Assembly (NCBI RefSeq): GCF_030028105.1
Contig: NC_092374.1
Coordinates: forward strand, 182,731,487-182,795,486
DNA from: Mobula birostris
Taxonomy: Eukaryota
Reading direction: 5' to 3'
Length of the DNA stretch: 64,000 bases
Below are positions 50,421 through 63,290 of the stretch, one piece after another. The notes below the pieces were generated by a model that was not told where the DNA came from, ran no database searches, and saw only the letters and a list, made by a program, of their open reading frames with translations. Made by a program: the position numbers and the translations under genes. Numbering within the stretch: position 1 is the first letter of the stretch; every line of letters starts with the position of its first letter.

Positions 50421-50888
50421 AAGATGTGCAGGTTGCTATTAGGTTAGGGTGTTGGGGGATATGGAACCAAGGTGAGTAGGTAGAGTGAAGGTAGGTAGTG
50501 TTGCATTGGTGTAGCTCATGGAGCCACTGTCTCTCAGTGCCAGAGTCCAGGCTCAATCCTGACCTCCGGTGCGGCCTGTGTGCAGTTTGCGCATTCCCCC
50601 CGTGGATTTCTCCTGGATGTTCTGTTTTCCTCCTAAATCCCAAAGACCAATGGGTCATTAGGCTAACCGGCCACTGTAAAATGCCCCTGGTGTGTTGGGG
50701 AGTAGAATTTGTCACGGAGGAGGGAAAGTTGGTGCTAATGTGGAGAGAATGAAATGGGATCAGTGGTTAGTGGTCAGCAAGGGCTTAATGGGATGAAGGG
50801 CCTGTTTCCCTGCTGTATTTCTCTATGATTATGGATAAAGCTAGGATGTTAGTGTGGTTGAATTGCCTCCTGTTCTTGGGTCCTAGGA

Positions 50889-50943
50889 CATAGTCATAGC
50901 CATAGCCATAGTCATACTCATACTTTATTGATCTCGGGGGAAA
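50889..50943 (-). mobile_element. Rex/Babar 3' tail fragment ~150 bp upstream of the gene 2 acceptor
   Basis: CATAGTCATAG..CATACTTTATTGATCTCGGGGGAAA, same tail as 34554-34595. Confidence 0.6.
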
Positions 50944-51121
50944 CATGCAAGAAGGGCTGAGACCGGGAGAGCCCTGCAGGTAGAAGTATGAGTGTGTGGG
51001 TGTGGGGTGGGGGGCAGGTCAATGTTGATTGAGATCGGGGGCCAGAGCCAAGCATTGGGTAGTTGAACTGGTTTTTTGTTCCTGCCTCTCCCAGGTGCAG
51101 TTCGGGCTCTGGTGGAAGCCC

Positions 51122-52609
51122 ATGGAGCCAGGGATGTTTCAGGTGGAGTTCCCCAACTTCGGCAACAACTTGCTGAGGAAGCTGAACCAGCAGCGAATGG
51201 AGGGCAAGCTGTGCGACATCACCATCCACCTCCAGGGGCAGATGTTCAAGGCACACCGGGCGGTGTTGGCCGCCTCCTCGCCCTACTTCCACGACCAGGT
51301 GCTCCTCAAGAATGCCAGTCGGATCGTCCTGCCTGGCGTGATGAGCCCCAAGGCCTTCGAGAGTGTGCTGGCCTCCTCCTACACCGGCAAGCTGACCATC
51401 CTGTCTCCAGAAATTGTCAGCTACTTGACGGTGGCCAGCTTCCTGCAGATGTGGCACGTGGTGGACAAGTGCACGGAGCTGCTGCAGGAGAGCCAGTCGC
51501 CGCCCGCGCCCAGCCACCAGGCTGTCAGCCAGAACCAGTCACCCAGCAGCAGCAACTACCTCAGCCCTTGGCACGGCCCCGAGGCTGGGGCCAATGTGCC
51601 GGCCAAGTTCGAGAGGCCCGAGGAGGATGATGTCAAGCAGGAAGACCACCACCACCACCATCGCCACCACCACCACCAGGAGGATGAGGACGAGGAGGTG
51701 GAAGAGGAGGAGGAGGAGGAGGAGGAAGAAGGTCATAAAGCTTCTCCGAACCGGGAGACGGAGCAGGACAATGTCATCAGCAACTCCGCTGAGCGGGACA
51801 AGTTTGGGGTGGAGGGCTGTGGCGGCGGGGGGTTAGGGGACGGTGCCGACTGCCCTTACCCTGCACCGGGCTTGACACCCCACAAACGCTGGGCGCTGGT
51901 GAAGCCCGGCAAATCAGAGGAGGGCAGTGAGGAGGAACGTCCCTTCCACCCGGCACCGGGCAGGAGGAAGAAGCAAGAGGTTACGGGGTTGGGGGCTGAG
52001 CATCATGAGGCCGGCCACTTCCCGGAGCACAACTCACTGGCCGAGGAGTATGACGAGTTTGCCGAGGACCCCGGCTATGATGAGCCCGTTGACTACTATG
52101 GCTCATCGGACGACTTCCACTTTGAGCGGGCGGTAGTGGGCGGAGGCGCCGGCGGTGGAGGTAGCCCGAATGGGGCGGTGCTGCCGGGCAGTGAAATCCA
52201 GGAGAATGGGGCGTACGGTGTGCTGGGCGAACCGGGACCCAGCTCCTGCCAGCCGCCTGCTGCCTCTGACTTCCCTGGTGGTGTCTACAAGCTCTACCCT
52301 TGCCAGTGCGGCAAGAGCTTCGCCCACAAGAGCCAGCGTGACCGGCACATGAGCATGCACCTGAACGTGCGACCCTTTGGCTGCCCCATCTGCAGCAAGA
52401 AGTTCAAGATGAAGCACCACCTGATGGGCCACATGAAGATCCACACCGGCCACAAGCCCTACGAGTGCCACTACTGCGGCAAGAAATTCATGTGGCGTGA
52501 CAGCTTCACCCGCCACCGCAACGCCTGCGCCAAGCTGTACCACGCTGCCGCTGCCCCCCTCCCGGACCTCGACCTTCCCTCCGACCTCAGTGGCGCAGCC
52601 GATCTCTGA
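51122..52609 (+). CDS. ZBTB43: ZBTB43-like BTB-zinc finger protein (ZBTB9/22/43 subfamily), single coding exon, 495 aa
   Basis: Acceptor ttcctgcctctcccAG|GT at 51094/51095, ATG at 51122. MEPG..VEFP..KLNQQR..LLKNASRIVLP..SSYTG..PEIVSYLTVASFLQMWHVVDKC BTB domain; VDYYGSS motif; fingers KLYPCQCGKSF.HKSQRDRHMSMHL as recalled from ZBTB43. Exact orthology (true ZBTB43 vs a paralogue) is not established. Confidence 0.85.
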   Translation: MEPGMFQVEFPNFGNNLLRKLNQQRMEGKLCDITIHLQGQMFKAHRAVLAASSPYFHDQVLLKNASRIVLPGVMSPKAFESVLASSYTGKLTILSPEIVSYLTVASFLQMWHVVDKCTELLQESQSPPAPSHQAVSQNQSPSSSNYLSPWHGPEAGANVPAKFERPEEDDVKQEDHHHHHRHHHHQEDEDEEVEEEEEEEEEEGHKASPNRETEQDNVISNSAERDKFGVEGCGGGGLGDGADCPYPAPGLTPHKRWALVKPGKSEEGSEEERPFHPAPGRRKKQEVTGLGAEHHEAGHFPEHNSLAEEYDEFAEDPGYDEPVDYYGSSDDFHFERAVVGGGAGGGGSPNGAVLPGSEIQENGAYGVLGEPGPSSCQPPAASDFPGGVYKLYPCQCGKSFAHKSQRDRHMSMHLNVRPFGCPICSKKFKMKHHLMGHMKIHTGHKPYECHYCGKKFMWRDSFTRHRNACAKLYHAAAAPLPDLDLPSDLSGAADL

Positions 52610-53548
52610 CCCCGGCTTCCCGGGCCAAGGGTGGGGTCGGAGGTGGGGGTTCCCTGCCCTTCTGACCAAAGAGAAAGGGCTGCTGGCGGGGCTGGGGCTG
52701 GGGAGGGAGGGCAGGTGGGCAATTCATGCTGTCTCCAGTCTGGAAGAGCTGGCAGGATTACTGATGAGAGCTGGTGGAACCAGCAAAGTCAAGCGTTTAA
52801 ACCCTACACATTGGATCGGATCATACTGACAATTTTAGCAAAAGTTTAGTATTTAACTATATAAGATATGCATATACTGTATATGTAAATTCTGGTGCTG
52901 TGCATTGAAGTATTTTTTACAGTCACCCTCGCTTTTGATATTTATGGGACTCAAACTGAGATGCTCAGCGGATCTCTCAAGTGTCTGGGGTGAGAGGAGG
53001 AGGAGGACATCACCGCTTTGTTGTAGGAACCATGTCGACCATGGCTCAGCGTGAAAGTGACTCTCCCGGTGTCATGGGAGTGCAGCACTGCCACAAGCAC
53101 TGTCTCACAGACTAGACTTTGTCCCTAGGGGGTGGGGGGGGTGTGGATGTTGGAGACTTTGCAGCCTCTCCTTTGACAGGCGTTGTGGCTGTTTATTTAA
53201 TCCGTCAACTCATGGATCTGTTTATCGTACGCGGCGTTTCTGGGATCTTTCTGCCTGTGAATCGGCTGCAGTACTTCCATGCTGACTAACCACATTAGAA
53301 AGTATTGTCGGTGCTTCAGAAATGTCATGATGCTCAGGAAAGGTATTAAGTGTTTGCAAATTCTTTCTAAACAAGGAAAGATTCAACAACAAGCATACCC
53401 TTCCCAGGCCCACCAAGAACCTTTGTCTCTGCGGGTATCTTCCTTCCCTCCTGTTCAGTTCTCCAGCATCGACAGTATTTTAACTTTTTATTTTGTTGTG
53501 TTTTTAGCTATTTATGTGAACCTCTGTTGAGATGTAATTCTTCTTGTG

Positions 53549-53554
53549 AATAAA
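53549..53554 (+). terminator. Probable polyadenylation signal of the ZBTB43-like gene
   Basis: AATAAA after a U-rich 3'UTR-like stretch, ~940 nt past the stop; repeats resume shortly after. Confidence 0.55.
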
Positions 53555-54039
53555 AGACATTTCAGCTGACTGGGTTCAAGATCACCTGCTGCTGTGCAGT
53601 CTTTGGCCACCAGTTATCTGGGATCATGCAGATGCTTATTCTGAAGTGGCATCTCAGGTTTATGGTATAGTAAAATGCTCCTATTTACTACAGCATAGAA
53701 ACAGACTTAATGGCACAGAATCTGCATTGACCATTGCACCAATCCTACATGAATCCCATTACCTTTACTCTCCTCACTTCCCCCCCTCAACGTCCCCCAG
53801 ATTCTACGGCCGTGGACAATTTACCATGGCCAATTTACTCACCAACCCATATGTCTTTGGGATATCAGAGAAAGCCACAGCAACTGGCTAGTCACCCACA
53901 GGGTCATGGGGAGAATGTGCAAACTCCATGCAATCTGCAGCCAAAGTCAGGATTAAACATGCATCTCTGGAGCTGTAAGGCAGTGGCTGTACCACTGCAC
54001 CAGTGAGAAAGAGCAGGGAGGCCTGACTGTAATCCTTCT

Positions 54040-54840
54040 CAATGTCAGCGGTGTTGTGGAGAGTGTTGTAGGTTACAACGGGACATTGAAAGGATGCAGA
54101 ACTGGGCTGAGAAGTGGCAAATGAGCTCAACTCAGAAAAGTGTGAAGTGATTGAAGGTTGATCTTGATGTCAGAGAATAAAGTTAATTGCAAGATTCTTA
54201 GCAGTGTAGAGGAACAGTGGGATCTTGGGGTCCAAGTCTATAGATCCTTCAAAGTTGCCCAGCAAATTGATAGGGTTGTTAAGAAGGTGTATGGCGTGAT
54301 GGTCTTTGTCAGTCGGAGTATTGAGAATAAGAGGGTCTTTAAAACCCTGGTTAGATCATACTATGAGTATTGTGTTCATTTCTGGTTGCTTCATGACAGG
54401 AAGGATGTGGAAACGTTAGAGAGAGTGCAGAGGAAATTAGTCTGGCTTAGAAAGGAGAGGTTGATTGAGGTGCTGAGCGAAGGAGAATGAGAGGTGACTT
54501 GATGGAGGTATATAAAATGATAAGAGGTAGAGATAGAGTGAATAGCCAGTGCCTTTTTCCCAGCGTGGCACTGGCTAATATGAGAGGACATATTTTTAAG
54601 GCCATTGGAGGAAATAGAGGGAGATGTCAGAGGTAGCTTTTTTGTTTACAGAGAATGGTGAATGCATAGAACACACTGCTAAAGGTAGGTACACTAGGAA
54701 CACTTAAGATACTTTTACTTAGCCCTCCATTCCTTTCATCCATGTGTCTGTGGTAGAGAAGGATTAGATTGAACTTGGAGTGGGTTAAAAGGTTGGCACA
54801 GCATCTTGTGCTGAAGGGCCTATACACTTACATATTCTAT
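54040..54840 (+). mobile_element. Degenerate CR1 3' fragment
   Basis: ORF 54158..54490 (QIDRVVKK..EYCVHFW..LERVQRK). Confidence 0.8.
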
Positions 54841-55286
54841 GCAATTTCAGCCAGTGCTGTTACGGATGATCTGATATTGTGGATTTGATCCTTAGCAGCC
54901 TGTTTGTGATCCCACAGTGTCAGTGGTTGGACGGGATCTCAGGATGGGAGGGGCACTGAATGGAGAATTAGCAGTCTTGATCAGACATTCTGAGACTTAA
55001 TTTTAACCAGTTCACCTCGTGAGCGTTCTACATGGTCATGAGGAAATTGATTTTACTGGCTAGCCGACAGAGGAATCTAGGTTTAGATACAACCAGTGCT
55101 TGCTCAGATACCATTACTTTCCCAAACTGTTTGGTGGATGAGTTTACATTCCCTTCATTCTCATCACGGTTTTGAATTTCGTTCCACTACAATGAGCGAG
55201 GCATGAGGGGTAACGGCAAGGTTGACAAAGCACTACATCAACAAAATTCACAACGTGGCAAGCTGTACTTTCCACAAAAGCTCTGT

Positions 55287-55490
55287 AAGCAAACGTTTTT
55301 GCAGATGTTGGGAATTCAGACCAGCACACAAAATGCCAGAGGAACTTAGCAGCTCAGGCTACATCAATGGAGAGAAATAAAGAGTGCTGATGAAGGGTCT
55401 CAGTCTGAAATGTTGACACTTTATTCCTCTCCGTGGATGGTGCCTGACGTGCAGAGTTCCTCAAGCATTGTGTGTGTGTGTGTGTGTGTT
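55287..55490. mobile_element. Penelope-derived fold-back element with hammerhead-like core
   Basis: Inverted arms; 13-bp TSD ACAAAAGCWCTGT (55274-55286, 55491-55503); CTGATGA..GAAA core at 55387-55410. Confidence 0.75.
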
Positions 55491-56261
55491 ACAAAAGCAC
55501 TGTGAATACTGGTGACAAATAGTTTGAAAACATCCATCAAGAGATGCTAGAGGAGCGTTCATCTTCTGAATCAACACAGCTGTTGTAATTCAAATAAATC
55601 CCTCCTATATATAATATAAAGGTGAGAATGGATTTTGCCGAAATCATCCACAAGAGTTAAAACACCTTGCTTGTCACTTTCTCAAAACCTCTGACTTCTG
55701 AAGTGCCATTCCCTGCAAATTTTCCCACCCACTGTATATGTTATACGATATTATAAATATATTTTATAATTATTTGTTGCTGCAATGTCATAATGTCAAA
55801 TTCCAGAACTCTCACTCCGGAAGGCTTCCCGTAAATTGTGGACAACTCTCACTGGCCTAAACGTACAAAACAAGGAGCAACATCTGGAACTAGCAAAGTC
55901 CATTTACCATACAAGATCTGCTCTACTCTTCAATTAGCTCCCAAATAATGTGCAGAACTACAATTTCTTATCATTGTTTCATATTATTTATACTGCATAA
56001 AAAACCCCAAAATATTCAGCTCTGCTTTGATCCTCCTAGTCTCCCAGGATCCATATTCTGAGAAATCCAAGATATCCTTAATACATGGAATAAAATCTGC
56101 TAATCTTGCTCATGAATGACTATCATTTAAGATTTCATGCTTTATCTTTGATTGTGTCACTGAAAGAAATACTTTTTGCTGTAACTATCAAATTCTAATT
56201 TGTTCCAAGAGAGTGAGGCTGGCCGTACAGTGGTGCAGCCTAATATAGTCCCTGCCTCACA

Positions 56262-56850
56262 GGACATTGGCCTTGATAAATCAAAGTACTGAGTATGGGA
56301 GTTGGGACGTCATGTTGAAGTGGTATAAGACACTTGTGAGGCCTAATCTAGAGTGTTCTTGGATACGTACCACAGGAAAGGGGTCAATGAGATTGAAGGA
56401 ATGCAGAGAAACTTTACAAGGATGAGGACCTGAGTTAAAGGTTGAAAAGGTTAGGACCTTATTTCCTAGAGTCTAGAAGAATAAGGGGAAATTTGAAAGA
56501 TGTATATAAAATTATAAGGGGTACAGAGAGGGTAAATACAAGTAGGCTTTTTTCCAATGAGGTTGGGCAAGACTAGAACTAGAAGTCATGGGTTAAGGGT
56601 GAAAAGTTAAATGGTTAAGGGGAACATGAGGAGGAGCTCCTTCAGTGAGGGGATGAGAGTATGGAAGGAGCTGCCAGCAGACTCAGAGGGTGTGGGGTTG
56701 TTTTCAACATCTAAGAGAAATTTGGATGGGTTCATGGATGGGAGGGTTATGGAGGGCTCTGGTCCGGTGCAGGTCAATAGTTTCATAGTTCAGCATGGAC
56801 TAGATGGATCGAAGGGCCTGTTTCTGTGATGGAGTGTTCTTTGACTGGTT
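56262..56850 (+). mobile_element. Degenerate CR1 3' fragment
   Basis: Nucleotide similarity to the other CR1 3' ends in the window. Confidence 0.75.
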
Positions 56851-57599
56851 CCAATGGCCTGTGTTCAATCCTGTCTGTGTTCTCAATGTGATCATGTTGG
56901 TGTTCCCCTAAGTGTTTCAGTTTTCTCCCACATCCAAGGTGGCGGCTGGTAGGTTAATAGGTCACTGTAAATTGCAGGTGAGTGGTAGAGGTGGGGGTTG
57001 TAGCTGATGGGATTATGGGGTGAATAGAATGGTATGAGTGTAAATAAGTTGCTGATGTTTGGAGTGAACTTAGTGGTTAACACTGATTGAAATCACAATG
57101 AATTTGCATTGCTTTTTTGTCACAGAAGTATATTTCTTTTGAGGTGAAAAGGGAAAACCAAATTGCAGTTCTTAAGATGAAACCTCAATATGGCTTTGTG
57201 GAACTAAACGATAACACTTCTTTGTACTTAATCCAACTTAAGAGAAAAATCTGTCACTGTGCTGCATACGGACTGGCATTGACTCATACTGTGATAAATA
57301 TAGGCAGTCACTTAATGAGCAGGAGACAGGCAGCACCACACCACTCACTTGCACGCTGGAAGTGGGAAGACCTGTCACAACTCTATTAACAGTACGTCAT
57401 AGGGAAGCAAGTGCTAAGAATAACTGGAAACACAGCAGACCTATTGCTATTTCTCAATATTTCCACAATGGATTTCCTTGTTGAGTTTTCTCTGCCTTTT
57501 CTTCAAAATCAGTTACTATTGATCCTTGTTTTTCTCTTTATTGTGCATTTCTACTCAAATGTTTCTCATTTGTACTCCTGCCAACTTCTTTCTGCTTCT

Positions 57600-58110
57600 A
57601 TTCATAAGACTGTAGCACATAGGAGAATTAAGCCATTCGATCCATCGAGTCTGCTCAGTCATTTCATCATGACCGATTTATTATCCCTCTCAACCCCATT
57701 CTCTTCCTCATAACCTTTGATGTTCTACAAATCAAGAACCTACATTTTTAATATACCCAGTCGCCACAGCTGTCTGTGGCAGTAAATTCCAGAAATTCAC
57801 TCTGTCTAAAGAAATTTATCCTCACGTCAGTTCTAAAGGGATGTCCTTATATTCTGAGGCTTTCCCTACTGACCCCCCCATGAAAGGAAACATCTTCTCT
57901 ACATCTAGACCTCTCAATATTCAACAGTTTTCCATGCGATCCCCCTTCATTCTTCTAAAATCCAGTGAGTACAGACCCAGAACCATCAAATCCTCATACA
58001 TTAACCTTTTCATTCCTGGGATCATTCTTGTGAACCTCCTCTGGACCCTCTTCAATGCCATCACATCCTTTATTAGCTATGGGGCCGAAAGCTGTTCAAA
58101 ATACTCCATT
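57600..58110 (-). mobile_element. Degenerate CR1 3' fragment
   Basis: Antisense similarity to 49546-50100. Confidence 0.75.
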
Positions 58111-60235
58111 TTTAAACCTTGTCTTTAAAACCCTGCATTGACTGCTCTCTGCACCTTTTCCTGCCTCCACCTGTGTCCCTTGAATTCAGAACTGCAGCTC
58201 ATCCCTATGTTCCTCAATGGTATCCATGTTGTCCTTCACTGTGGTTTGCTTTGGCATTCCCTCTGAATCTTCACACCTTTCTACCAGTCATTCATTCAAC
58301 GGCAGTCTTTGAAACTGTTGGTCACCCATATTCAACTCATGTTATGTCCGTATCAAACTTTGTTTATGGTGTTGCTGAGTATCAGGGGATGTTCAGGCTC
58401 CTTAAAATACAAATAGCTTTTGAGTCAGTTGAAGTCCTGATAAAATGTCTCTTGGCCTGAAACATTGTTTATTCCCCACTTTGGATGCTGCCAGACTTGC
58501 TGAGATCCTCCTATATTTTGTGTGTGCTGATCTCCAACAGTCGAACCAGTCTTCTGTATTTCTGCCTGTAGTTTCCATTTCCATACAGTCATAGGCTCAA
58601 CATAGAAGCAGGCCACCAAGTCCATACTGACCATCAAACACCCTCTTGCACTAATCCTACAATAATGTCCCTTTATTCTCTCCACTTTCCCCATCAACTC
58701 CGTCCTCCCACCACCACTACCCAGATACAACCTCTCACCCGCACAGTATGTGTCCAACCACCCACTGACCTGCAGGTATTTGTGATGTGGGAAACCATAG
58801 CACCCAAGGAGAATGCACAAACTCCACACACAGACAGTGCTGGAGGTTGGGATCACCTCAGGTCTTTGGATCTGAGAGATGATGATCATTGACTTCACCT
58901 GTCACATGTTCAAAGTTCAAAACAGAGTGAAATTGCGTCATTTGTGTCATCGACCAACACGCAGTCTGAGGATGTGCTGGGGGCAGCCCACAAGTGTCGC
59001 CAGGCTTTCTGTGCCAACATAGCATGCCCATAATTTTCCAACTCTAATCTGTACATCTTTGGAATGTGGGAGGAAACTGGAGCACCTGGGTGAAACCCAT
59101 GTGGTCATGTGGAGAGCGTACAAACTCCTTACAGACAGCAGCAGGAATTGAATCCTGGTCTTCTGATCGCTGGCACTGTAAAGTGTTATACTAACCACTA
59201 TGCTACCAAGTCTGCGACTCTACCTACTGTGTCACCCAAATAATCTGACATTTCATCCATTGCAGATTCTCCACCTCCACCTGACTTTACAGAAGATTTG
59301 AGGAGTTGTTGGTGATTCTGTGGAGGTCTCAGAAAAAAATTAATAAGAAAACCTGTCCAGTAAAATGTTATTATCTCTGACCGAAGAGCAATGTTTTAGA
59401 ACACAAATTAATAAAACCACAATTTATGTTGGAGTTTTATTATTTAATTACTATGCTGAGTATTTTTAACATTTTCCTTATAGTATTGTTGCATTTGATT
59501 ATAAATGCTTCCATTACTGCAGGTTCAAATTTCACACCAGAGGCTTGAACACAAAAATCTAGGCTGATATTCCTGTGGAGCACTATAGGAGCACTGTATG
59601 TTGTACATCAGACAAGAAGGTAAATTGAGATCTCACCTGCTATCTCAGGTGGATGCTGGAGTTGCAATTCACTATTTTTGAGGGTGCACTGGGAAATCAC
59701 TCCTGGTATCTATCACTCTTTAAGATGAATATATGGGCATTAACATTAATGAGAAGTTGGACAAATTTGAATTGGTTTCCCTGGAACATTGTAGGCTGAA
59801 GTTCAAAGTAAATTTATTATCAAAGTATGTATATGTCACCATATACTACCCTGAGATTCATTTTCTTGCAGGCATTCACAGTATAACACTGAAATACAAT
59901 AGAATCAATAAAAAATCTATACCCAAACAACCAATATGCAAAAGATGACAAACTGAACAAATACAAAAAAAGAGATAGATAGATAAATTAGATAGCTAGA
60001 TAAAGCAATCAGTCAATCAATCAAGGAACATGAGTTGTAGCGAAAGTGAAAATGAGTCCATAGGTTGTGGAAGTAGTTCAATGATATAAACTTATAAAAT
60101 TATGAGAGGGCACAGGTGGTATCAAAGCCTTTCTCCCCAGGGTAGAAATGGAGGGCATAGGAGATGGGGAAAGGAGTTTTAAGGAGATTTACAGGGCAAA
60201 TTTTTATTACATAAAGTGATGGGTACTACCAGACA

Positions 60236-60366
60236 ACACACATCATAGTCTCGGCCTGAAACGTCGACTGTACCTCTTCCTAGAGATGCTGTCTAGCCTG
60301 CTGCGTTCACCAGCAACTTTGATGTGTGTTGCTTGAATTTCCAGCATCTGCAGAATTCCTGTTGTT
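60236..60366 (+). mobile_element. Short young Penelope terminal fragment with a 10-bp inverted 5' piece
   Basis: Near-identical to 32538-32619; perfect 16-bp TSD TGGGTACTACCAGACA (60220-60235, 60367-60382). Confidence 0.85.
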
Positions 60367-61131
60367 TGGGTACTACCAGACACTGGTTTCAATCCTGACC
60401 TCTGGTGCTGTCTGTGGAGCTTGCATGTTCTCCCTGTGACCACATGGGATCCACCCCCTCACCCTCTCCCCCCTGAGTGCTCTGGTTTCCACCCACATCC
60501 CAGAGACATGCAGTTTCAGTTGGTCTCTAGAGAGGTGAGTGGTAGAATCTGTGGGGGGAATAAAAAATGGGATTAATGTAGCATTAGTGCCAATGTTTGG
60601 ATAATGGTCAACATGGACTCAAAGGGGTATTTCCAGGGCATGTATTAAATGTTTGCCATATATTTCCATATACAAAACTTGTACACAATGCATATTAAAT
60701 GACTACTTCTATAAAATTCTCCCATTTGTGTTATAATGTATGGCCAGCTTTCAAAAGCATCTCCCATTTATTACTGCATTCTTTGGACTGAACTTGTAAG
60801 AACATAAGATGCAGGAGCAACAATAAACCAACCAGCCTTTTGCACACTGTGACTGACATTGTACCTCAGTGTTGTCTTCCAGCACAACTACACTTGATTC
60901 TCTGTGCATTGAGCAATTTACCGAGATCTGTTTTTAATGAATCCAATGACTGAGGTTCTGTAGCAGTCCAGGGTACAGAATTCCTAAGGTTTCTCTAGAT
61001 TCAGTCATTTTTCCCCCTCATTTTCAACCTCTGCGGCTAGTCCTTGTTTTCAAATTGTGTCCCTTGGATCTGGAACCCTCAGCTAGGGGAAACATACTCT
61101 CTGTATCTACACTGTCAAGGCCTCAGAAATT

Positions 61132-61850
61132 TTAAGACCATAAGACACAGGAGCAGAATTAGGGCTATTCAGCCCATCAAGTTTGCTCTGTGATTCCATT
61201 GTGGCTGATCTTGGATCCCACTCAAATTCTTCTCACCATTTCCTTCGAAGCCCTGACCGATCAAGAAACGATCAACTTCCACCTTAAATATACCCACGGA
61301 CTTGGCCTCCACCGCAGTCTGTGACAGAGCCTTCTCTTTGGCTAAAAAAATCCTCTGTTTTAAAAGGTCACCTCTCAATTTTGAGTTTGTGCCCTCTAGT
61401 TCTGGTTACCCCCACCACAGGAAACATCCTCTCCACATCACCCTATCTAGTCCTTTCAACATTCAGTAGGTTTCAATGAGATCCCCACGCATTCTCCTAA
61501 ATTCCAGTGAGTACAGCCCCAGGGTTGCCAAATGCTTGTCATATGTTAACCCCTTCATTCACTGAATTATCCTCATGAACCCTCTCTGGACTCTCTCCAA
61601 TGACAACACATCCTTTCTGAGATATGGGGCCCAAAACTGTTGACGATACTCCAAGTGCGGCCTGACTAGTGTCTTATAAAGGCTCAGCATTATCTCTTTG
61701 CTTTTATATTCTATTCCCCTTGAAATAAAAGCCAACATTGCATTTGCCTTCTTTACCACAGTCTCAACCTGTAAAATAACCTTCAGGGAGTTTTGCAAGA
61801 GAACTCCTAAGTCCCTCTGCACCTCTGATGTTTGAACCTTCTCCCCATTT
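61132..61850 (-). mobile_element. CR1 3' fragment
   Basis: ORF 61559..61822; TAAGACCATAAGAC tail. Confidence 0.88.
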
Positions 61851-62549
61851 TTATCATTTTGATGGGATCTTCTTTCTTAGATGAAACAAGAATTATACGC
61901 AATACTTGAAATGTACCTTCCATTTGCAATATGACTTCCTTACTCCCACAGTCAAACCTTCTCAGTATTAAGGCCATCTTCATCATGTGCTATACCTGTA
62001 CGTTGACCTTCAGTGACTTGAGTAGAAACAGACCTAGTTCTCCTTGAATGTAAGCACGAATCATTCTCTCGCCATTTCATAAATAATTTACCTTTTGTGT
62101 GTCAAAGTGGATATCCCACATTATACTCCCCCTACCACGCTCTTTCCCACTCACTCAACTTGTCCAGGTTGTCATGAATCCTCTTTCCCACTGAGATTTA
62201 TACCATTAACAAACACTTGGGTCTCCTCAACCAACTCATTGATACTGACTGTGTTGAATTGGGGCAGCACCATGCACCAATCCCTGTGGCTTCCCATGAC
62301 TCACATTCAGCTAACCTGAGAACCATACTCTACTTCCACTCTTTGCCTTCTGCCCAATAAGTAGTTCTCTATCCATGCCAGTACATCAACCAATGGGATG
62401 GTAGCATAGGGGTTAATGTAAATCTATTAAGCATCAGCGACCCAGTTTCAATTCCTGCTGTTGCTGTAAAGAGATGTATATTCTTCTCATGACTGCAGGT
62501 ATTTTCTCAGGGTGCTCCTGTATCCTTATATATTCCAAAGACTTATGGC

Positions 62550-63290
62550 ATTGCACTGGCCTGGTGTTGGGACCGCTTCTACTTACATTATATGCCAATG
62601 TTTTGAATAACAGAGTTGATTACTTTGTGGCCAGGCTTGCAGATGATACGTATAGGTAGAGGGCAGGTAGTGTTGAAGACTCAGGGAGATTGCAGAAGGA
62701 CTTAGACAGATTAGGAGAGCGACTAAAGTGGCAGATGCAAAATAGTGTTGGGAAGTGTATGGCCATGCACCTTGGTAGAAAGAATATAAGTATAGACTAT
62801 TTTCTAAATGGGGATAAAATTCAAAAATCCAAGTTGAAACGGACTTGAGAGTCATTCTGCCGGTTTTCATAAAGGTTATCTTGCAGGTTGAGTTGATGGT
62901 GAGGAAGGCAAATGCAATGTTAGCATTCATTTTGAGAGGACTAGAATATAAAAGCAAGGATGTAATGCTGAGGCTTTATAAGGTGCTGGTAAGGCCTCAC
63001 TTGGAATATCGTGAGCAGGTTTGGGGGCCTTATTGCAGAAAAGATGCACCGACATTGGAGAGGTTTCAGAGGAAGATCACAGGAATGAAAAGGTTATTGC
63101 ATGAAGACCGTATGATGGCTCTGGGCCAGTTCTCACTGGAAGTTATAAGAATGAGGGGAGTTCTCATTAAAATCTATCAAATATTGAAGGGCATGGACAG
63201 AGTGGATGTGAAGAGGATGTTTCCTATAGTGGGAGAGTCTAGGACCAGAGGGCACAGCCTTAGAATTGAGGGATGTCAACAGAATGGAGA
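62550..63290 (+). mobile_element. CR1 RT/3' fragment
   Basis: VLGPLL..LADDT and ORF 62845..63387 (LVRPHLEY). Confidence 0.85.
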
